The position numbers and the translations under genes were made by a program. From the NCBI GenBank assembly GCA_963422365.1, contig OY729426.1, forward strand, positions 1,248,001 through 1,312,000: a stretch of 64,000 nucleotides of DNA. Reading direction: 5' to 3'. Of the stretch, positions 31,498 to 41,270 are shown piece after piece (position 1 is the first letter of the stretch; every line of letters starts with the position of its first letter). Source of the stretch: Nitrospirales bacterium (GTDB lineage Bacteria; Nitrospirota; Nitrospiria; Nitrospirales; UBA8639). The notes under the pieces are model-generated. The model did not search any database and had not been told where the DNA came from. It saw only the letters and a list, made by a program, of their open reading frames with translations.

Positions 31498-32280
31498 ATG
31501 AACTGGGAACTCCAGATATGGGCCTTGCTCCTTCCCACACCTATCATGATCGGGCTGTGGCTGGGATATCGATGGGTGCATCGGAATGCGGCGTTAGCGG
31601 ATATGGGTTTTTGTGTGGGGTTTGGCCTTGTGGCCATGAGCTTCGGTCTGATGACCACAGGTGACGTGAGTCATCGCCTGGTGGTGGTGACTATGGCAAC
31701 GGGGTATGCGGTTCGCCTCGCGGTATCTATTGGGGCCAATCGAATCCTTGGTGTTGCCGAGGATCAACGGTACCAGTCTCTTCGTAAAAAATGGGGCAGT
31801 CAGGCCGAACTCTATTTCTTCACGTACTTTGTAGGACAAGCCGTTGCCATCGCCGTCTTGTCGATTCCCTTGTTGGTCCTGATGTCGAATCCTGACCCCG
31901 CATGGACTGTGTGGGAAGTCTTGGGGGTCGTCATCTGGACTCTTGGGGTAGGAGGGGAAGCCGTAGCGGATTATCAATTAAACCGATTTCGGCAAGACCC
32001 CGGCAAGAGAGGGAAAACCTGTCGACAGGGTCTGTGGAGATATTCTCGGCACCCCAATTACTTTTTTGAAGGCGTGCACTGGTGTGCCTATGTGGTGATG
32101 AGCACCGGATTGCCCGAATGGTGGCTGACGCTGTTGGGCCCGGTCGTCATGATTGGAGCCTTACTCAAAGTGAGCGGAATCCCTTTGGCTGAAGCACAGG
32201 CAGTAGCCAGTCGGGGCGAGGCATACCGAGAGTATCAACGGACCACCAATGCGTTCATCCCATGGTTCCCCAAGGACTAA
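31498..32280 (+). CDS. DUF1295 / steroid 5-alpha reductase-like membrane protein
   Basis: ED.RY, EAVADYQL..F, GLWRYSRHPNYFFE, YQRTTNAFIPW. Confidence 0.9.
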   Translation: MNWELQIWALLLPTPIMIGLWLGYRWVHRNAALADMGFCVGFGLVAMSFGLMTTGDVSHRLVVVTMATGYAVRLAVSIGANRILGVAEDQRYQSLRKKWGSQAELYFFTYFVGQAVAIAVLSIPLLVLMSNPDPAWTVWEVLGVVIWTLGVGGEAVADYQLNRFRQDPGKRGKTCRQGLWRYSRHPNYFFEGVHWCAYVVMSTGLPEWWLTLLGPVVMIGALLKVSGIPLAEAQAVASRGEAYREYQRTTNAFIPWFPKD

Positions 32281-32285
32281 CCTGC

Positions 32286-32328
32286 CTCATGCGGCCTGGA
32301 AGAAGCGGGATGAGATCCCGCCCGACTC
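32286..32328. repeat. Degenerate REP doublet remnant
   Basis: CTCATGCGGCC...GCGGGATGAGATCCCGC. Confidence 0.6.
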
Positions 32329-32430
32329 AAACAGTCCTCGCCGGATAGTCGGATTCGGTGCTTAGGAGCAGCCACGCCCAAGGCGGGGGCAGAACGATGA
32401 TCTGTCACGACAAGTGAGAACACGGGGTGC

Positions 32431-32637
32431 CTAGTCGCCCTCAGGCTCGCTACTTCCGTGTTGATGGGTCACTTCGTCTTCTTCAAAGAGTTCGGCCATT
32501 TCTTGGGCAAGGACATCGTCTTCATGAGGAACCGACACGACAGGAATGTCCTTTTTGGCTTTAGGCGAGTCCGGCGAAGCGTCATCCTTGTCAGGAGTCG
32601 GGGCTTGGGGTGAGGTGGAGGGCTCAGAGTCGTTCAT
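32431..32637 (-). CDS. Small acidic/disordered hypothetical protein
   Basis: Follows the zinc-ribbon gene with an AGGA RBS; 68 aa. Confidence 0.55.
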   Translation of the reverse strand: MNDSEPSTSPQAPTPDKDDASPDSPKAKKDIPVVSVPHEDDVLAQEMAELFEEDEVTHQHGSSEPEGD

Positions 32638-32649
32638 GAGATTCCTGAC

Positions 32650-33018
32650 TTATTCAAAGACTTCCAAAAAAGACTGTTCGGTAAAGGAATGTTGGCAATG
32701 TTCGCAGGTCACAAAATAAAGAGACTCCCGCACGGACATGATAATGCGAAAGTCAAGCGTGACCCCCCGATGGCTGTACAGGGGACAGGAAATTGCTCTG
32801 AGCCAGTATTGCACGTCAGGCTGGGTTTGGAGATAAAACTCCATATCCGTGTAGACCGGAAAGTGATAAGAGCAGTCCAAGCAGATGCCCTGCCATTCCC
32901 CGTCGTCCTTCATGGATCGGCTATCAATGCCAAACCGACTCTTTTTGCATATGGCGCATTTTGCATGGCTGAGTCGGTTTTGAACGTATTGGACATCGAG
33001 TCGGGACACCGTTATCAC
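32650..33018 (-). CDS. Cys-rich double zinc-ribbon hypothetical protein
   Basis: CAIC, CLDC, CPLY (degenerate) and CEHC motifs. Confidence 0.75.
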   Translation of the reverse strand: MITVSRLDVQYVQNRLSHAKCAICKKSRFGIDSRSMKDDGEWQGICLDCSYHFPVYTDMEFYLQTQPDVQYWLRAISCPLYSHRGVTLDFRIIMSVRESLYFVTCEHCQHSFTEQSFLEVFE

Positions 33019-33141
33019 CTGCGTGCTGATGGAGGGTGAGGATTTTTCAGCAGTATAGAAGCCTTAGAGGGTTCGCGCAACCGAGCGGCCCATCAGGGCG
33101 GGATTTCTGCTAACCCGTTCGTTCGTGTCAGGAGGATCGCC

Positions 33142-33969
33142 ATGCCAGAACTTCCAGAGGCCGAAGTGGTTCGGCAGCAATTACACGCAGCCTTGGTTGG
33201 GTCCACGATTGATGATATCTGGATCGGACGGGAAGATATCATACGGCAAGGCATTGAGTCTCGTTCTTGGTATTCCGGCGCGCGCGTTGTCGAGGTGCAG
33301 CGGCATGGGAAGAGTCTGGTCCTTATCTGTGAGCGAGACGCCGAGAAACGGGTGGTGGTGGCAGAACTTGGCATGACGGGTCTGTTGCTCTTCACTCGTG
33401 CATCGGTGCCAAGCGATAAGCATGTGCATATGGTCATGAGGCTGGTCAATGGCCTGCAGCCGGAGTTGCGGTACTGGAATGCCCGTCGATTCGGACGGTT
33501 GTATCTACTGGATCAAATGGCTTGGACGGCCTATCAGCAACGCCGCTTTGGTCGTGATCCGTTGACAATGACCGAGGAGGATTTTGTGGCCTTGATCAAA
33601 TCCTGCCGTGGCCGCGTGAAGGCCGTGTTGTTGAATCAACAACGGATCGCCGGCATTGGGAATATCTATGCCAATGAACTGTTGTTTCGGTCCGGCATCC
33701 ATCCACACGCCCGTGGAGATCGCGTCTCGAAGAGAAACCTCCACGTGTTGTTTGAAGAGATGCAACACGTGCTACAGGAAGCGATCCTCATGGGAGGATC
33801 GTCCATTCGTAATTTTTTGGCGCCGGACGGGAGCCCGGGACAATTTCAGAGTCGGCATCTGGTGTATCAAAAAAAAGGCGAACGCTGTCCAAACGGGTGT
33901 CGGACGAGAATTCAGGCTCTCATGGACGAACGCTCGTCGTTTGTTTGTCCGACTTGCCAGAAGCGGTAA
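33142..33969 (+). CDS. mutM: Formamidopyrimidine-DNA glycosylase
   Basis: MPELPE N-terminus, R.GK, LGMTG, AGIGNIYANE, C-terminal zinc finger. Confidence 0.95.
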   Translation: MPELPEAEVVRQQLHAALVGSTIDDIWIGREDIIRQGIESRSWYSGARVVEVQRHGKSLVLICERDAEKRVVVAELGMTGLLLFTRASVPSDKHVHMVMRLVNGLQPELRYWNARRFGRLYLLDQMAWTAYQQRRFGRDPLTMTEEDFVALIKSCRGRVKAVLLNQQRIAGIGNIYANELLFRSGIHPHARGDRVSKRNLHVLFEEMQHVLQEAILMGGSSIRNFLAPDGSPGQFQSRHLVYQKKGERCPNGCRTRIQALMDERSSFVCPTCQKR

Positions 33970-34108
33970 GGTGAACGTTCTGTTTATTCCTCTTGCCTGT
34001 CTTGGCGGTAGGCCCTGCCTGTGTGACGGATCTTTTGCTTGTGGGCCCGTGAGCCCCTTTGTTACAATATCCCAACGTATTTTGTCTCCCTTGAACCAAC
34101 ACGCGTAC

Positions 34109-35086
34109 GTGCGAAAAGTTACATTTCGTGAAGGGGTCGATCTTGCCAATCTGTTTGGTCCGAGAGACTTACATCTCCGGTTGATTGAAGAGAGCCTTCA
34201 CGTACGTGTGTCGGCCCGTGGCGGTGAGGTGACCCTGGAAGGGCAGCCCGAAGCGGTCGGTCGGGCCGAAGGGCTGCTGTGCGAATTGGCCGAACGCACA
34301 CTCGGCCGGCGCCGGATACGATCAGAAGACGTCACCCGAGCCCTCAAGGCGACGGAAGGCACCCAGCCCGAAACATCTTCCTTCCTGGATGCGGCGCACA
34401 TTCTCACGCCCAAAGGGTGGGTCGTTCCGAAGACCCCCTCGCAGCAGAGGTATCTCGAAGCCATTCAGCAACATGACTTAGTGATCGGCATTGGTCCGGC
34501 AGGAACGGGGAAGACGTATATGGCCATGGCCATGGCGCTGGCGGCGCTGACGAAAAAAGAAGTGCAGCGGATCGTCTTGGCGCGCCCGGCTGTGGAGGCC
34601 GGGGAGCGATTGGGGTTTCTTCCGGGGGACATGTTCGCCAAGGTGCATCCTTACCTGCGTCCGTTGTATGATGCCTTGTATGTCATGATGGATGTGGAGC
34701 GAGCGAATCGCCTGATCGAACGAGGGGCCATCGAAATGGCGCCCCTGGCGTTTATGCGAGGCCGGACCTTAAACGAGGCGTTTGTCATTTTAGATGAAGC
34801 CCAAAATGCCACGGCAGAACAAATGAAGATGTTTCTCACGCGGTTGGGATGTCATGCCAAAGCCGTGGTGACCGGAGATATTACGCAAGTCGATTTGCCG
34901 CCCGAGCGCCCTTCGGGGTTGGTTCAAATTTCTGAAATATTGCGAAACGTGGACGGGATCAAATTCGTGTATTTCCAAGATCGTGACGTGGTCCGACATC
35001 GGTTAGTGCAAGAGATTATCAAGGCCTATAACCAACATGGAAACGGAACGGGCACGGGTCTGGCTTCTCCGGCAACCGATGAATGA
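34109..35086 (+). CDS. phoH: PhoH-like ATPase
   Basis: GPAGTGKT, RPAVEAGERLGFLPG, FMRGRTL, DEAQN, DVVRH; start approximated at GTG. Confidence 0.93.
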   Translation: MRKVTFREGVDLANLFGPRDLHLRLIEESLHVRVSARGGEVTLEGQPEAVGRAEGLLCELAERTLGRRRIRSEDVTRALKATEGTQPETSSFLDAAHILTPKGWVVPKTPSQQRYLEAIQQHDLVIGIGPAGTGKTYMAMAMALAALTKKEVQRIVLARPAVEAGERLGFLPGDMFAKVHPYLRPLYDALYVMMDVERANRLIERGAIEMAPLAFMRGRTLNEAFVILDEAQNATAEQMKMFLTRLGCHAKAVVTGDITQVDLPPERPSGLVQISEILRNVDGIKFVYFQDRDVVRHRLVQEIIKAYNQHGNGTGTGLASPATDE

Positions 35087-35091
35087 ACGTG

Positions 35092-35132
35092 GTAGAAGCC
35101 TGTCCCCGCAGGCTTTAGCGGGGATTTATCGA
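35092..35132 (+). repeat. REP-like element with an inserted TCCCCGCAGGCTTTAGCGGGG hairpin
   Basis: GTAGAAGCCTG[hairpin]ATTTATCGAGG. Confidence 0.4.
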
Positions 35133-35202
35133 GGAACAGGACTGCGCTGTTCCTTCCATCAATCCGGGTGAATGTTCTTTTGCCCCGGCCCCTGAGTGAT
35201 TC

Positions 35203-35658
35203 GTGTCTGTCAGTATTCAGTGCCAATTGAAAAGTGTGTCGGTTCGTCAGAGGACACTTCGTCGCATAACCATGACACTCTTGCGGCTCCTTGACGAGGC
35301 CGAGGCCGAAGTCTGTATTGGGTTGGTCGGCGATACGAGGATGCAACGGTTGAACCGAACGCATCGGAATCAGGATCGCACCACGGATGTCTTGGCGTTT
35401 GCCTATCGTGAAGCCCCAACCGGTGTTTCTCCTCTACTCGGGGATATTGTGATTTCGGTTCCCACGGCCAGACGCCAAGCTAAAGCGTTGAGCCATTCCT
35501 TGGATGAAGAGGTGCTGCGATTGCTGATTCATGGAATGCTGCATGTGGTCGGCTATGACCATGAGCGGAGCAGTCGACAGGCGCAACGTATGCGACGAAA
35601 GGAAACGGAGCTTTTTCAAACACTCGCCCCCGTGCCGACGTTGGTGGTTGAAGCCTGA
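35203..35658 (+). CDS. ybeY: rRNA maturation endoribonuclease YbeY
   Basis: TDVLAF, LGDIVIS, HGMLHVVGYDH. Confidence 0.95.
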   Translation: MSVSIQCQLKSVSVRQRTLRRITMTLLRLLDEAEAEVCIGLVGDTRMQRLNRTHRNQDRTTDVLAFAYREAPTGVSPLLGDIVISVPTARRQAKALSHSLDEEVLRLLIHGMLHVVGYDHERSSRQAQRMRRKETELFQTLAPVPTLVVEA

Positions 35659-35670
35659 TGCGTGAATCTT

Positions 35671-35708
35671 CCCCCTCGCCCTAGAGGGAGAGGGCTGGAG
35701 TGAGGGGG
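35671..35708. repeat. CCCTCNCCC...GGGAGAGGG...GTGAGGG small palindromic element
   Basis: Intergenic GC-rich hairpin of a widespread MITE-like shape. Confidence 0.45.
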
Positions 35709-35752
35709 ATATGGTCAACAGATGAGCGAACACATACGGGGATCACAGCACC

Positions 35753-36670
35753 ATGGGCTGGATTAATCGACTGAAAAAAGGGTTGGGTCAAACGCGAAAA
35801 GGCATCCGGCGCTCGTTGATGCGATTGATGGGACGCGGCCTCGATCCCGAGGTGTTGGAGGAAGTCGAAGCGTCGTTGTTAGGAGCGGACATCGGCGTTC
35901 GCACGGTGGATCGTCTGATAGAACGGCTTCGGGTGACGGGGGAGAGAGATCCTCAGGAATCCATTCAGGAGTTGAAACAGGCGATAGTGGACATGTTGGC
36001 GTCCGTGGAATCGAAGTCGATTGACGAGCTCATCCGAACGGGCCCCAAACCGTTCGTGATTTTGGCGGTGGGCGTTAATGGTGTGGGGAAAACCACGAGT
36101 ATGGCGAAATTGGCCGGCCGACTGCGCAAGCAGGGGTTGACCCCGCTGCTTGTGGCGGCGGATACCTTTCGGGCTGCAGCCATCGAACAGTTGGAAGTGT
36201 GGGGCAAGCGAGTCGGGGCCGATGTGATTAAGCACCGACAAGGGGCGGACCCGTCGGCCGTGGTGTTTGACGGGCTTGCCGCTGCAAAAGCCAGGGGCGT
36301 GGACGTCATGTTGATCGACACAGCCGGCCGGCTTCATACGAAAGTCAATTTAATGGATGAACTGAAAAAAATGAAACGGATGCTTGATCGTGAATGTCCT
36401 GGGGCTCCTCATGAAGTGTTACTCACGCTTGACGGCACCATCGGGCAAAATGCCGTGGCCCAAGCCAAGCAATTTCATGCAGCCCTCGGCGTCACGGGAT
36501 TGGTCCTGACAAAGCTGGATGGGACGGCAAAAGGCGGGGTCGTGGTGGCCATTGCCGAGGAATTAGCCATCCCTGTTCGCTTGATCGGAATTGGCGAAAA
36601 GGAAGAAGACTTGCAGGACTTTCATGCGCAGGCCTTTGCCGAGGCCCTCTTGGAGGTCAACCCTTCATGA
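35753..36670 (+). CDS. ftsY: SRP receptor FtsY
   Basis: GVNGVGKTT, DTFRAAA, DTAGR, TKLDGTAKGG. Confidence 0.97.
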   Translation: MGWINRLKKGLGQTRKGIRRSLMRLMGRGLDPEVLEEVEASLLGADIGVRTVDRLIERLRVTGERDPQESIQELKQAIVDMLASVESKSIDELIRTGPKPFVILAVGVNGVGKTTSMAKLAGRLRKQGLTPLLVAADTFRAAAIEQLEVWGKRVGADVIKHRQGADPSAVVFDGLAAAKARGVDVMLIDTAGRLHTKVNLMDELKKMKRMLDRECPGAPHEVLLTLDGTIGQNAVAQAKQFHAALGVTGLVLTKLDGTAKGGVVVAIAEELAIPVRLIGIGEKEEDLQDFHAQAFAEALLEVNPS

Positions 36671-38831
36671 GGCGGGCAGGCGTAATAATCGGAGGCGTGT
36701 GGGGAATCAGTGTCCTCATGAGCCTGACCGTGCAAGCCGCCGTGACCATTCAGCATCACGATTTGCATATCGAACTCCGGCCCGAGAGCCACACGATCAT
36801 TGCTCGCGATACGATCCAATTGGCCGGTTGTCCGGATGCCGAGCAGATGGTTCACGTGCAATTAAACCCGGATTTGGAAATCGAAGAAATCGTGTTGGCA
36901 GATGGACCGTTACTGTTTTGGGAGGAATCTCTGCATTCGGGTACAAACAAACAGGGAGCACCGCGATGGACGCGCACCATAGCAATCCGACTGCCGGAGG
37001 TGTCTTCTTCACGTGACGCCATGCGCGTGCACATATCCTATCGTGGGCACATTCAGGATGCGCCCGCGGCTTCGCCGGGCCTGCGGTTTGTTCGCCCCGA
37101 CAAAACCTTGGGATATATCGGTGAAGAGGGCGTCTATTTAACCTCGGAAACCGCCTGGTACCCCGACATCCCTGGGTCGGTTCCCACGTTTCTCGTCACG
37201 GCGACCGTGCCCACAGGGTGGAGAGCGGTGACTCATGGTCAAGAAGTCTCCTTGACAAAAGGGAAGACCACGGCGACATCCGAGTGGAACGTGCGCGCCC
37301 CAACCGAAGCCTTGACGGTGGCGGCGAATCGATTCGTGAAACAAGCGGTGCAATGGAAAGGCATTGAAGTGGCAACGTATCTGTTTCCCGAGGACGCGCA
37401 TCGATCCGATCAGTATTTGAAAGCCACGGTACACTATCTCGACTGGTATACGAAACGGCTCGGCCCGTATCCGTTTCCCAAGTTTGCGGTCGTAGAAAAT
37501 TTCTTTCCTAGTGGCATCGGGCTGCCGTCCTTCACGTTGTTGGGCAGCCGGGTGATGAAGCGAGGCTATACCCAACCCTATTCCCTAGGGCATGAGGTCG
37601 TGCATTCGTGGTTGGGGAACTCGGTGCATAATCATTTCAAGACGGGCAATTGGGTGGAAGGGCTCACGACCTATTTGGCCAACTATTATTACGACGAACG
37701 GATGGAGGGTGACGAAAAGGCAGGGGCGCATCGCAGACGGATGATCATGGAATATAATTTGTACGTGCAGTCGGCTGACGACTATCCGGTGGTGAAATTT
37801 CATCATAAAGAGAACCGCGTGGATAATGCGATCGGATACCAAAAGACCGCCATGATTTTTCACATGTTACGGCGCGAACTCGGCGACAGGGACTTTTTCC
37901 AGGCGATTCGTACAATGATAGCCGACTATTCGGGCAGGTATGCCGATTGGCCTCAGTTGCGGCGGGTGTTTGAAGACGCGTCGGGGAAAGAGTTGTCATG
38001 GTTCTTTACCCAATGGGTGTACGGGAGCGGAGCGCCGCACCTCCGGATTGCTCAGGCACACGTCGCACGCGATCCCCGAACGGGCTATTGGGTATCCATA
38101 AAGGTAACGCAAAAGGGCACTCCCTATCGCCTGCGCGTTCCCGCGGTGATTCAGTTGGAACAAGGGCGGGAGTATCGCACCTGGTCGATATTCGAGGAAA
38201 CGACCAAACCATGGCCCTTTGGGTTCCGGCTAAACCCATTCGATTACAACTCGATCCGGCGCATCAGACCTTTCGGCGGCTCGATCGTCACGCCATGAGT
38301 CCGGTTCTCAATGGATGGGTGACAGACCAGCGTCGAGCAGTGCTGTTGGCTTCGACCACGTCAGAACCCGAGCAGCAGGGCTTGCAACCGGCGATTAACC
38401 GGATCCGATCGCAAAATGACGACACGGCATGGTTGGATGAACGGACCTCATCGATCGAGGCGCAATCGGTGTTGGCCATGGGCCATCCCCAAACCAATCC
38501 ATGGATTGGCAGAATCCTTCAATGGTGCGGTCCGCAGGTCAGGCTGCGTGAACAGAGCATGACGATTCAGGGAACCACGTACAAGGGGGACGGCGTGGCC
38601 GTGCTCGTGAACTGTGCCCATCCCGGATATTCCGAACACGTGGGCACGGTATTTTTTGGATTTTCCCCCCGGGCCATTCACGGGCTTTCCAGGTTACTGT
38701 TTTTTTATGGATGGGATAGTTATCTTGTGTTTGAAAATGGAAGGGTCATGGCTCGCGGTTTGTTTGATGCACCCACGGCGGATCTGACGGTCGCGTTGCA
38801 CGAAGACGAAGGGGAACAATGCACACCATGA
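36667..38831 (+). pseudogene. Exported M1-family (gluzincin) aminopeptidase, frameshifted near 38175-38185
   Basis: HEVVH-x18-E motif (WVEGL); protein-like sequence continues in another frame (HLVDIRG..LDPAHQTFRRL..FFYGWDSYLVF) to 38831. Confidence 0.75.
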
Positions 38832-39934
38832 GACAGACGGGAACATTCAGGTGGATAAGCGGATGGATGGGAAGAGTGGCCTTGTGTGTCCCCATCTTGG
38901 CCTCAGGCGGAATGCCGGCCCTGGCCGACGAATCGTCACCTGGTTTCGACAAAGTCGAACGGCATTTGCGCAATATCCGGCAACTCACCGTGGGCGGCAA
39001 AAATGCCGAAGCGTATTTTTCCTTTGACGGGTCTCGGTTGATTTTTCAATCGACCAAGGATCCGGCCAGCCAAACGATCGGATCCTGCTATCAGATGTAC
39101 GTGATGGATCTACACGGTGACAATATCCACCGGGTAAGCACGGGGTACGGCGGAACGACCTGCGGATACTTTTTCCCAGGCGGACGGCGGGTCCTGTATT
39201 CCTCAACCCATTTGGCTGGGTTACAATGTCCGCCCAAGCCCAAACCTGGCCCCAACTATCGTTGGGTCTTGGATGACCATGAAATTTTTTCTGCGCGCCT
39301 GGATGGCCGAGAACTTCAGCGTCTCACGTTTTCGCCGGGATACGACGCGGAGGCCACGGTCTCTCCCAATGGAAAACAGATCGTCTTTACGTCCGTTCGG
39401 GACGGGGATCTTGATCTGTATTCGATGAATATCGACGGAACTGGCGTCAAGCGGCTCACCAAGGACATGGGCTACGACGGCGGGGCGTTCTACGCTCCCG
39501 ACGGCAAGCGGATCGTGTATCGGGCCCAGCACCCCCAAACGCCGGGTGAACGTGAGGCCTATCAGGCCTTACTGAACCGGAATCTGGTCGAAACGGGGAA
39601 TCTGGAACTCTTCGTGATGAACGCCGATGGGTCGGGGAAACAACAAGTCACGCGGAACGGCGCCTCGAACTTTGCGCCGTTTTTCCACCCTGACGGCCAC
39701 CGGATTATTTTTTCCTCGAGTGGGGATAAGGCTGCACAAGCAAAAGGCCGGACGTCGTTTCATGTATATATCGTGGATGATGATGGCACGGGGCTGGAAC
39801 AAATCACCCATGAGGGGCACTTTAATAGTTTTCCCATGTTTTCTCCCAACGGCAAGCTGTTGGTGTGGGTCTCCGATCGCAATACAAAGGGACAAGGCGA
39901 ATATAATGTGTTTCTCGGTGATTGGGTACGCTGA
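38819..39934 (+). CDS. Periplasmic TolB-like PD40-repeat beta-propeller protein
   Basis: Signal peptide; repeated AYFSFDG / SPNGKQIVF / APDGKRIVY / HPDGHRIIF / SPNGKLLVW. Confidence 0.9.
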   Translation: MHTMRQTGTFRWISGWMGRVALCVPILASGGMPALADESSPGFDKVERHLRNIRQLTVGGKNAEAYFSFDGSRLIFQSTKDPASQTIGSCYQMYVMDLHGDNIHRVSTGYGGTTCGYFFPGGRRVLYSSTHLAGLQCPPKPKPGPNYRWVLDDHEIFSARLDGRELQRLTFSPGYDAEATVSPNGKQIVFTSVRDGDLDLYSMNIDGTGVKRLTKDMGYDGGAFYAPDGKRIVYRAQHPQTPGEREAYQALLNRNLVETGNLELFVMNADGSGKQQVTRNGASNFAPFFHPDGHRIIFSSSGDKAAQAKGRTSFHVYIVDDDGTGLEQITHEGHFNSFPMFSPNGKLLVWVSDRNTKGQGEYNVFLGDWVR

Positions 39935-40237
39935 CTTTCGAGTTAAGGGTAGAGAACAGAATCGATACGACAGATAGTTTGAAATAGTTTCTCAGAGAAA
40001 ACAGGAAACGAGAAGCAGGCTCAGAAATACCATCGAAGGCGATGCGGATTGACAAAATTCTAAGCCGCCCCGGCGGGCCGGGCTGAAAGCCGGCTCGCCC
40101 TCAGGAGCCACCCCGAGGGGCTGTGCACATGTCTGCCTGAACGAAGACAGGTGTGGTGGCATTTTGCTATAAAGGAATAAACTCAAATCCTCCTAATTAA
40201 GGCAGTCTGAACCGACCTGGCAGCATCCAGGAATGTC

Positions 40238-41263
40238 GTGTCTCGATTCAAAGCCCTCAGTGCACTGTTTCTCTCCGGCGGTCTGTCCATTGTCTGTCTG
40301 TATCAGATCTCCCGATTAGACTTTCAGGCGACTCTCTTTATTCGGTCCCTTCATCTCCCCTTTGTGGAACATCTGGGGAACGTCGGCAATCGGTTGGGGG
40401 ACGGACTCACATTGATCGTCCTGTGCGCGGGGTTGTGGGGGATCGGATCTCTCTGGGGAAAAAAGGCGTTTCAACGGGCAGGGATCGATGGGTTGATCGC
40501 GCATGGTCTGGCCGGGATTGCCGTGCAAACCCTCAAGCACCTTATCGGACGTCCCCGTCCACGGTTTGCGCATCAAGAGGCTTGGGAATATGGCCCCTCA
40601 TGGCAAGTGGGGCTTGATGCGTTTCCTTCCGGGCATGCGGCAGCCTCGTTTGCCGTGGCCGCGGTGCTGGCTCGCTATTTTCCCAAAAGCGCGGGGCTGT
40701 GGTTCGGCGCAGCCTTCTTTGTCGGTGCGGCTCGTGTGGTTCGCGGTTCCCACTTTCCCACCGACGTGCTGGGTGGGGCGGTGCTGGGGTTTCTCATCGG
40801 CTACGTGTGGGCGCGTCCCCTTCGAGAATGGCGGTCGAATGTTGTACAAGCGTTGCCGCAAACCCTCCCGTTCGTGATCGGCGGTTGTGCGCTGTTCTGG
40901 AGCATCTTCAGTCATCCGGCCCCAAGTGACGTGGCAAACGGCCTATTCTGGACCGGGCTGCTGGTGTGTACGTTAGGGGTCGGTGTTCGGTGGAGAATGG
41001 CCTGGAAATGGAATGGGAACGTCCCCCAGAGCGTTTCTCGAACAGTGTTTGCCAATGTCATGATTGCGCTGGGCATGGCGATCAGTACCCAAGTGTTGTG
41101 GGTGATCATGGTGACCCTCTTGGCCTGTGTCGCCTGGTGGATGAAAGATCAGTCGGATCGCAAACCGGCGGAAGCCTCGATGTTGCTGCACGAAGCATGG
41201 CTCACGAGTGCGTTGGTCATCGTCATGGTGACATTGCGGGGCCTCCACGGTTTTGTGCCATAG
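40238..41263 (+). CDS. PAP2-family membrane phosphatase (LpxE/LpxF-like candidate)
   Basis: K..IGRPRP, FPSGH and ARVVRGSHFPTDVLGG PAP2 motifs. Confidence 0.88.
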   Translation: MSRFKALSALFLSGGLSIVCLYQISRLDFQATLFIRSLHLPFVEHLGNVGNRLGDGLTLIVLCAGLWGIGSLWGKKAFQRAGIDGLIAHGLAGIAVQTLKHLIGRPRPRFAHQEAWEYGPSWQVGLDAFPSGHAAASFAVAAVLARYFPKSAGLWFGAAFFVGAARVVRGSHFPTDVLGGAVLGFLIGYVWARPLREWRSNVVQALPQTLPFVIGGCALFWSIFSHPAPSDVANGLFWTGLLVCTLGVGVRWRMAWKWNGNVPQSVSRTVFANVMIALGMAISTQVLWVIMVTLLACVAWWMKDQSDRKPAEASMLLHEAWLTSALVIVMVTLRGLHGFVP

Positions 41264-41270
41264 CAGGCAA

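Noticed and set aside
33656..34108. Long N-terminal extension of PhoH (likewise the ORF-track extensions of purA, mutS, rimP and the PHP-ATPase)
   Set aside because: They overlap neighbouring genes or leaders and lack protein-like character; downstream starts fit the families better.
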